Source of the DNA: Treponema sp.
GTDB taxonomy: Bacteria; Spirochaetota; Spirochaetia; Treponematales; Breznakiellaceae
DNA: 39,842 nt
Direction: 5' to 3'
NCBI GenBank assembly: GCA_031259515.1
Contig: JAIRLK010000194.1
Coordinates: 1-39,842, forward strand
In this document: in pieces, positions 34,827-39,842 of the stretch
Layout: every line of letters starts with the position of its first letter
Position numbering within the stretch: position 1 is the first letter of the stretch
Program-made: the position numbers and the translations under genes
The notes under the pieces: generated by a model
The model's input: only the letters and a program-made list of their open reading frames with translations
Told to the model about the DNA's origin: nothing
The model's database searches: none

Positions 34827-35846
34827 CTAACCAGTTACCTCTTTTACCGCCTTTTCCCGGGCGGTTATGACTTTATCGCACCACTCGTCGAATTCCCGAT
34901 CCTCCTTCTGATATTCCGGGTGGGACTGGATATATTCAATGGTTTGGCATATCCCCTGGTCAAAACGGACCGCAGCGGTAAAACCCGGAACCAGACGTTT
35001 GAGTTTGGCGTTGTCAAAAACCACCGAGTTGGCCTTATCCCCGGTGAGCCCGCCCAAAAAGTCGTAGGATTTGCCGCAGAGGGCGAGAAATTCACTTGAG
35101 ACATGAACCGCCTTGAGGGGTTTGTCCAGGACGTCCGCTATGGCGGCGTACACCTGGTTCCAGGTAACCGTCTCGTCGGACGTGATGTGGACCGCCTCTC
35201 CTATGGCGTGGATGTTCCCCAAAAGACCGATGAATCCCCTGGCGAAGTCGCTGGTATGGGTCATGGTCCAAAGGCTCGTACCGTCCCCATGGATGATCAC
35301 CGGCTTTCCTTCGATGATCCGTTTTACTACCTGCCAGCTCCCGTTTTTCCCGTGGACCCCCAGGGGGACGCTCCGATCATCGTAGGTATGGCTGGGCCGC
35401 ACGATAGTGATGGGGAACCCTTCTTCCCGGTACTTTTTCAGGAGGAAATCCTCGCAGGCGATTTTGTTCCGGGAGTATTCCCAAAAGGGGTTTGCCAGGG
35501 GAGTTCCTTCGGTAATGCGGTAATCGCCCAGGGGTTTTTGATACGCGGACGCGGAGCTGATAAACACGTACTGTTTGGTCCTGTCCTTGAAGAGCCGGTA
35601 ATCCCGCTCAACCTGATCCGGAGTAAAGGCGACAAAATCGGCCACTACGTCAAAAGTCCTATTTTCGAGCATTTCCGCCACGCCGGCTTCGTCGGATATG
35701 TCGCACTGGAACATCCTCGCCGCCGCAAGGTTACCGTTGATCCGGTTCCCCCGGTTCAGAAGGTACAGCCGGTGATCTTTCAACAGCCGCAGGGCAATCT
35801 CCATACTGATGGTTCCTGTTCCACCTATTAATAAAATTTTTTTCAT
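34827..35846 (-). CDS. NAD-dependent epimerase/dehydratase family protein (extended SDR)
   Basis: The N-terminal motif GGTGTIS (GxxGxxG type) and the catalytic motif YSRNK (YxxxK). Confidence 0.8.
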   Translation of the reverse strand: MKKILLIGGTGTISMEIALRLLKDHRLYLLNRGNRINGNLAAARMFQCDISDEAGVAEMLENRTFDVVADFVAFTPDQVERDYRLFKDRTKQYVFISSASAYQKPLGDYRITEGTPLANPFWEYSRNKIACEDFLLKKYREEGFPITIVRPSHTYDDRSVPLGVHGKNGSWQVVKRIIEGKPVIIHGDGTSLWTMTHTSDFARGFIGLLGNIHAIGEAVHITSDETVTWNQVYAAIADVLDKPLKAVHVSSEFLALCGKSYDFLGGLTGDKANSVVFDNAKLKRLVPGFTAAVRFDQGICQTIEYIQSHPEYQKEDREFDEWCDKVITAREKAVKEVTG

Positions 35847-35936
35847 AGTACCTCCACTCTGAAAAGCGTTTCCAGAAGACTGGTTATTGCCGGTAAAAAC
35901 CGGTCGAAAGAGTAAGCGGAGTCCCGCAAAAGTTCC

Positions 35937-37046
35937 TCACTGGGTAAACAGCTTAGGCGACTTGAGGTAAATCTCCGCGTTAAAGGATCTGAGGAGTTTG
36001 CTCATTGATCTGTTGGTCATGATAGTGCGGACGACTTTAGCGGAAAGCTCCGCCGAGGGGACCACTTCCAGGTTAGGGATTCCACCGGAGACCGCGCGGC
36101 AGGGGCAGTAGACCGTATCGGTAACGATAATCCTGCTGAGGAGCTTATCCTGAACCAGGGCGGTGAGTTTTTCCGTAGCGGGAGGGGAGAAGAGGGCGTG
36201 GACCGCGATGATGTTGATTTCCGCGGGTTTTAAGGATGCCAGGACGTGAACCAGGCTTTCCACAGAACTGGCGGTGTCCACCATGTCGTCCACGATCCAA
36301 AGGACTTTGCCCTCTACCGGCTCGTGGGATAAAATATTGATGGATTCAATGGTATTGACCCGGGAATAGTCCCGTTGCTTGTGGGCCACCACCAGGGGAG
36401 CGCCGAAGGCGTTGGCAAAGCCCCGGGCCAGCTTTTCCCCCCCGGCATCAACGGAGCAGAAAGCCCAATGGGGGCGGACCACTTTTTCCAGGGTGTCTAT
36501 GTCCCGTATGTAAACGTCGCAGAGGTAGCGCTTAATTAAAGTAAGGGCGGGAATGTCGTCAATGGCGCAAAGGGCAGGGTCCAGCATGGACTTGGATTTG
36601 TCCGAATGGAGCTGGTAGGTGGCAATGTGAGTGGCCCCCAAACTTACCATGGTTTTAAGGTGTACCCAAAGGCCCACGGAACTGCGCCGGGCAGTACGGT
36701 CTGACCGGGAGCAGGAAACAAAGGGTTCAAAGACCAGAATCCGCAACGCCTGGGCCCGTTTCAGGGCGTCAATAGTATGGTACAATTCAATCTTCGCGTC
36801 CGCTACGCTGGTTCCGGCCTCGTTCCGGGCGCAGCTTGCGAAAAGTACCGCGTCTTTGCCCCGGATTGAGGTATTCACCACCGCCTCAATCTCCCCATCG
36901 GCAAAACGATCCACCTGCAATAAATCTATCCCGTTAAGGCTGTCCGCAAAGGAAGAAAAACTGGGAAACTTGGTTAAATATTCCACCACCCGGGCGGCAT
37001 AGGTCCGCATGGACCGGGTAGCGGTTATGACAAATTCTTCGAGCAC
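35937..37046 (-). CDS. ribose-phosphate diphosphokinase (Prs) family protein, divergent
   Basis: The FADGE motif and a PRPP-loop-like VDDMVDTASS are present. The flexible-loop RQDR is replaced by SRSDR and DLHA by QLHS. The protein is 369 aa and starts with GTG. Confidence 0.6.
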   Translation of the reverse strand: MLEEFVITATRSMRTYAARVVEYLTKFPSFSSFADSLNGIDLLQVDRFADGEIEAVVNTSIRGKDAVLFASCARNEAGTSVADAKIELYHTIDALKRAQALRILVFEPFVSCSRSDRTARRSSVGLWVHLKTMVSLGATHIATYQLHSDKSKSMLDPALCAIDDIPALTLIKRYLCDVYIRDIDTLEKVVRPHWAFCSVDAGGEKLARGFANAFGAPLVVAHKQRDYSRVNTIESINILSHEPVEGKVLWIVDDMVDTASSVESLVHVLASLKPAEINIIAVHALFSPPATEKLTALVQDKLLSRIIVTDTVYCPCRAVSGGIPNLEVVPSAELSAKVVRTIMTNRSMSKLLRSFNAEIYLKSPKLFTQ

Positions 37047-37074
37047 GATTAACCCCGTTCATTTCTTATATGTC

Positions 37075-37102
37075 ATGATACCACGATACGCCCAGGTTTG
37101 AA
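37075..37102 (-). promoter_or_regulatory. extended -10 promoter candidate for the Prs-like gene
   Basis: On the minus strand: TTCAAA (37102-37097), a 16-nt spacer ending in TGG, then TATCAT (37080-37075). Confidence 0.4.
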
Positions 37103-37115
37103 CAGCGTGTTTAAA

Positions 37116-37236
37116 GGAGGGGGAAGTCGCAGACTTGCTCCGCACGTCCGGCCCCTGTATCCGCAACGCCCCCGCTAAGAGGACAAAGTCTTCAGGGAAC
37201 TTTGTCCCCAGGGGACTTGTCCTCCCAGACCCTCCG
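37116..37236 (-). repeat. GC-rich intergenic repeat family, copy B (with internal insertion)
   Basis: The minus strand reads GGAGGGTCTGGGAGGACAAGTCCCCTGG...GGGGCGTTGCGGATACAGGGGCCGGACGTGCGGAGCAAGTCTGCGACTTCCCCCTCC. It also contains the 9-bp inverted repeat GGACAAAGT/ACTTTGTCC. Confidence 0.6.
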
Positions 37237-37260
37237 AAATTTTGGACGGGGCCCCCCGGT

Positions 37261-39372
37261 TCATTTCTTTAAGGACCGCATGGCGTTAAGTGTGGCGATG
37301 ATCGTGACGCCTACGTCGCTGAACACGGCTTCCCACATGGCAGCTATCCCCAGGGCGCCCAAGGCCAGAATAACCAGTTTGACCCCCAGGGCAAAGACGA
37401 TGTTCTGCCAGATTATGGTCCGGGTCCGCTTCGCTATGCCTATGGCTTCGGCGATCTTGGAAGGCTCGTCAGTCATGAGCACCACGTCGGCGGCTTCTAT
37501 CGCCGCGTCGGAGCCAACCCCGCCCATGGCTATGCCCACATCGGCGCGGGCCAGAACCGGCGCGTCGTTGATACCGTCTCCTACGAATACCACTTTACCC
37601 GGCCCGGATCGCCCTCCTTCCAGTTCCTCCAGCTTTTCTACCTTTTGATGGGGCAATAGCGCGGCGTAGACCCTGTCTATGCCAAGTTCTTCCCCGATTT
37701 TTCCCGCCGCCCGCTGGGAGTCGCCGGTAAACAGGGCGATAGTTTTGACCCCCAGGGCTTTAAGGTCCGCGATTGCCTGTTTGCTGTCATCTTTCAATTC
37801 ATCGGCGATGACGATATACCCGGCAAAGGCGCCGTCTATGGCAAGGTAGACCACCGTACCGGGGACCTCCGTTTTGGTACAGGGAATACCCGCTTCTTCC
37901 AGGAGTTTACCGTTCCCGGCCAGTACGGTTTTGCCGTCTACCAAGACCCGTACCCCCTGGCCGGCTATTTCCTCATAGCCGGTTATGTTCCCGGTGGAAA
38001 CCTCCCTGCCATAGGCTTTGAGGATAGACTGGGCTATGGGATGGCTCGAATGGCTTTCGGCGTAGGCGGCGAAATAGAGCAATTCCTCCCGGGTAAGGCC
38101 CTGGGGGACTACGCTGGTAACGCTGAAGATGCCCCGTGTTAGGGTGCCGGTTTTATCGAACACCACGGTATCTACCCTGTTTAGGGCTTCCAGGTAATTG
38201 CCGCCTTTGACCAGGATGCCCCGGCGGGAAGCGCCGCCTATGCCGCCGAAGAAGCTGAGGGGGATGGAGATGACCAGGGCGCAGGGACAGGAAACAACCA
38301 GGAATACCAGGGCCCGGCGGAGCCAGTCGGCAAAACGGGCTTCCGGCAGGAGGAGGGGAGGGAGGACCGCCAGGATCAGAGCGGCGAAAACCACCGCCGG
38401 AGTGTAGTACCGGGCGAACTTCGTGATAAAGTTCTCCATTTTAGCCTTCCGGCTCCCGGCGTTCTGAACCAACCGCAATATCTTGGAAACCGTAGTCTCC
38501 CCAAATTCCTTGGATACCTCAATGGTCAGGAGGCCGTTCTTATTGACAGAACCGGACAGAACCTCGCTCCCGGTTTCAACGTCCCTGGGCAGGGATTCCC
38601 CGGTCAGGGCCGAGGTATCTAGGGCGGAACGGCCCTCAATAACCGCGCCGTCCAGGGGTATTTTTTCACCGGGCTTTACTACGATGAGGTCTCCAACCTT
38701 CACCGCTTCCGGGGAGACCCGGCTCAGGCCGGTTGCGGTTTTCAGGTTGGCGAAATCCGGACGTATGTCCATGAGGGCGGTGATGGACTTGCGGGAACGG
38801 CCAACGGCGTAGTTTTGGAAAGCCTCGCCCACCTGGTAAAAGAGCATCACCGCCGCCGCCTCGGGATATTCCCCTATGGCGAAGGCCCCTACAGTGGCCA
38901 GGCTCATAAGGAAGTTTTCGTCGAACACCTGCCCCCGGGCGATGTTTTTCAGGGCCCGCCAAACCACGTCGCCCCCGATAAGAAGGTAGCTCGCCAGGAA
39001 CACGGTAAATTCTATGTACCGGGAGAAGGGAAGTATCATGCCCGCAGCGAAAAGCAGGGCTCCCGCGCCCAGCAAAACGCGGCGCGTCCAAGGCTGCAAG
39101 CCCCGTCGGACCTCCGCCGGTTTCTCCGCCGTGGCTTTTTTTTCGTTCATCACGATATCCGGCTCAATACGCCGGATTATGGCTCCGGCTTCGGTTACAA
39201 CAACCTCGGCCTTCACATGCCCTTCAATCTCCATGGTCAAAAGCCGGTTCGTAAAATCTACGCTTGCCCCAAGTACGCCTTCAAGGGCGTGTACCTTTTT
39301 TTCGATCTTTCCGGCGCATACCGGGCAACAAAGACCTTCCAGGGTAAATTCCTTTCTGATGATCGCTTCCAT
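37261..39372 (-). CDS. heavy-metal translocating P1B-type ATPase (Zn/Cd/Pb-type signature)
   Basis: An N-terminal HMA domain with CPVC, the TM6 CPC motif (VVSCPCAL) and DKTGT. TM7 has N-x7-K (NIVFALGVK) and TM8 has DxG (SDVG), the pattern of P1B-2 pumps. Confidence 0.9.
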   Translation of the reverse strand: MEAIIRKEFTLEGLCCPVCAGKIEKKVHALEGVLGASVDFTNRLLTMEIEGHVKAEVVVTEAGAIIRRIEPDIVMNEKKATAEKPAEVRRGLQPWTRRVLLGAGALLFAAGMILPFSRYIEFTVFLASYLLIGGDVVWRALKNIARGQVFDENFLMSLATVGAFAIGEYPEAAAVMLFYQVGEAFQNYAVGRSRKSITALMDIRPDFANLKTATGLSRVSPEAVKVGDLIVVKPGEKIPLDGAVIEGRSALDTSALTGESLPRDVETGSEVLSGSVNKNGLLTIEVSKEFGETTVSKILRLVQNAGSRKAKMENFITKFARYYTPAVVFAALILAVLPPLLLPEARFADWLRRALVFLVVSCPCALVISIPLSFFGGIGGASRRGILVKGGNYLEALNRVDTVVFDKTGTLTRGIFSVTSVVPQGLTREELLYFAAYAESHSSHPIAQSILKAYGREVSTGNITGYEEIAGQGVRVLVDGKTVLAGNGKLLEEAGIPCTKTEVPGTVVYLAIDGAFAGYIVIADELKDDSKQAIADLKALGVKTIALFTGDSQRAAGKIGEELGIDRVYAALLPHQKVEKLEELEGGRSGPGKVVFVGDGINDAPVLARADVGIAMGGVGSDAAIEAADVVLMTDEPSKIAEAIGIAKRTRTIIWQNIVFALGVKLVILALGALGIAAMWEAVFSDVGVTIIATLNAMRSLKK

Positions 39373-39401
39373 ATCAAATTCCCTATAACGAAGCTAAACG
39401 A

Positions 39402-39431
39402 ATTAAATTGAACGATTGATAAATCGTTCAA
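39402..39431 (-). promoter_or_regulatory. ArsR/SmtB-type operator overlapping a promoter for the ATPase gene
   Basis: A perfect inverted repeat TTGAACGATT-GATA-AATCGTTCAA (39408-39431) of the TGAA...TTCA type. On the minus strand TTGAAC can serve as the -35 and TTTAAT (39407-39402) as the -10, 18 nt apart. Confidence 0.6.
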
Positions 39432-39478
39432 CCAATATCCGAAAAAAAACATCCTCTCCCAGTTCTTTTTTAAATGAG

Positions 39479-39842
39479 TTACTTTTCATTGACATGGACC
39501 AGGCCCTGGGCAAAAATGCCGCCTACATGCTCATCGTCCAGGGAATAATAGACAACCTTGCCGTCCTTGCGGTACTTGACCAGCCTGGTCTGTCTGAGGG
39601 TCCGCAGTTGATGGGAAATGGCCGACTTGGTCATGCCCAATAGGGCGGCGATGTCGCAGACACACATCTCGGAATGCTGTAGGGCGCAAAGTATCCGTAC
39701 CCTGGTGGAATCGCTGAACACCTTGAACATATCCGCCAGGTTAAGGAGGACTTCGTCTTCGGGCATGAGCTGCCGTACCCTGGCAATCACGTCCTCGTGG
39801 ATAACGTTGCAGTCGCAGGCGGCCGCTTTGTCGATTTCAAAG
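39479..39842 (-). CDS. ArsR/SmtB family metalloregulator (CadC/CzrA-like), N-terminus possibly beyond the window
   Basis: Winged HTH with the metal-site motif EMCVCD (SDSTRVRILCALQHSEMCVCDIAALLGMTKSAISHQLRTL). The frame stays open to the window end (…CDCNVIHEDVIARVRQL…). The listed start at 39790 is a GTG. Confidence 0.8.
   Translation of the reverse strand, partial: FEIDKAAACDCNVIHEDVIARVRQLMPEDEVLLNLADMFKVFSDSTRVRILCALQHSEMCVCDIAALLGMTKSAISHQLRTLRQTRLVKYRKDGKVVYYSLDDEHVGGIFAQGLVHVNEK

Overview
This is a high-GC chromosomal segment whose gene content looks spirochaete-like, possibly Treponema; that assignment is an inference I cannot confirm without a database search. About 35 genes are densely packed, and the GC-rich regions carry many spurious antisense ORFs. 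In order, the window holds the following. (1) The C-terminal part of an unrecognised ORF, followed by a nested palindromic element. (2) A co-directional sulfur/cysteine operon: a family-3 amino-acid ABC transporter, two tandem Xi-class glutathionyl-hydroquinone reductases, a frameshifted SsuA-like binding protein, CysK and a GNAT. (3) A visibly more AT-rich Rpn/YhgA-like PD-(D/E)XK nuclease gene with a strong internal SD+ATG. (4) A BNR + DUF4015-like exported protein. (5) A translationally coupled rplU-prp-rpmA-obg-nadD::yqeK-LCP-rsfS operon. (6) A more AT-rich LacI-regulated polyol/sugar ABC locus with two dehydrogenases. (7) A YfcC transporter, D-aminoacylase and DapF-like epimerase trio. 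(8) An EamA transporter. (9) flgF-flgG plus a rod-binding gene behind a sigma28-type promoter and a long leader. (10) An operon with rlmN, two TPR-type genes, rsmD and a hypothetical gene. (11) An SDR epimerase, a divergent Prs-like gene, and an ArsR plus P1B-2 (Zn/Cd-type) ATPase pair with a clear operator. The points most worth follow-up are the candidate intragenic RpnS-like small protein, the GS-HQR-containing cysteine operon, the D-aminoacylase/epimerase module, a three-copy GC-rich intergenic repeat family lying just upstream of predicted promoters, and a Prp protease next to an L27 that has no propeptide. No rRNA, tRNA or CRISPR array was found. All calls come from reading the sequence and ORF translations by eye.
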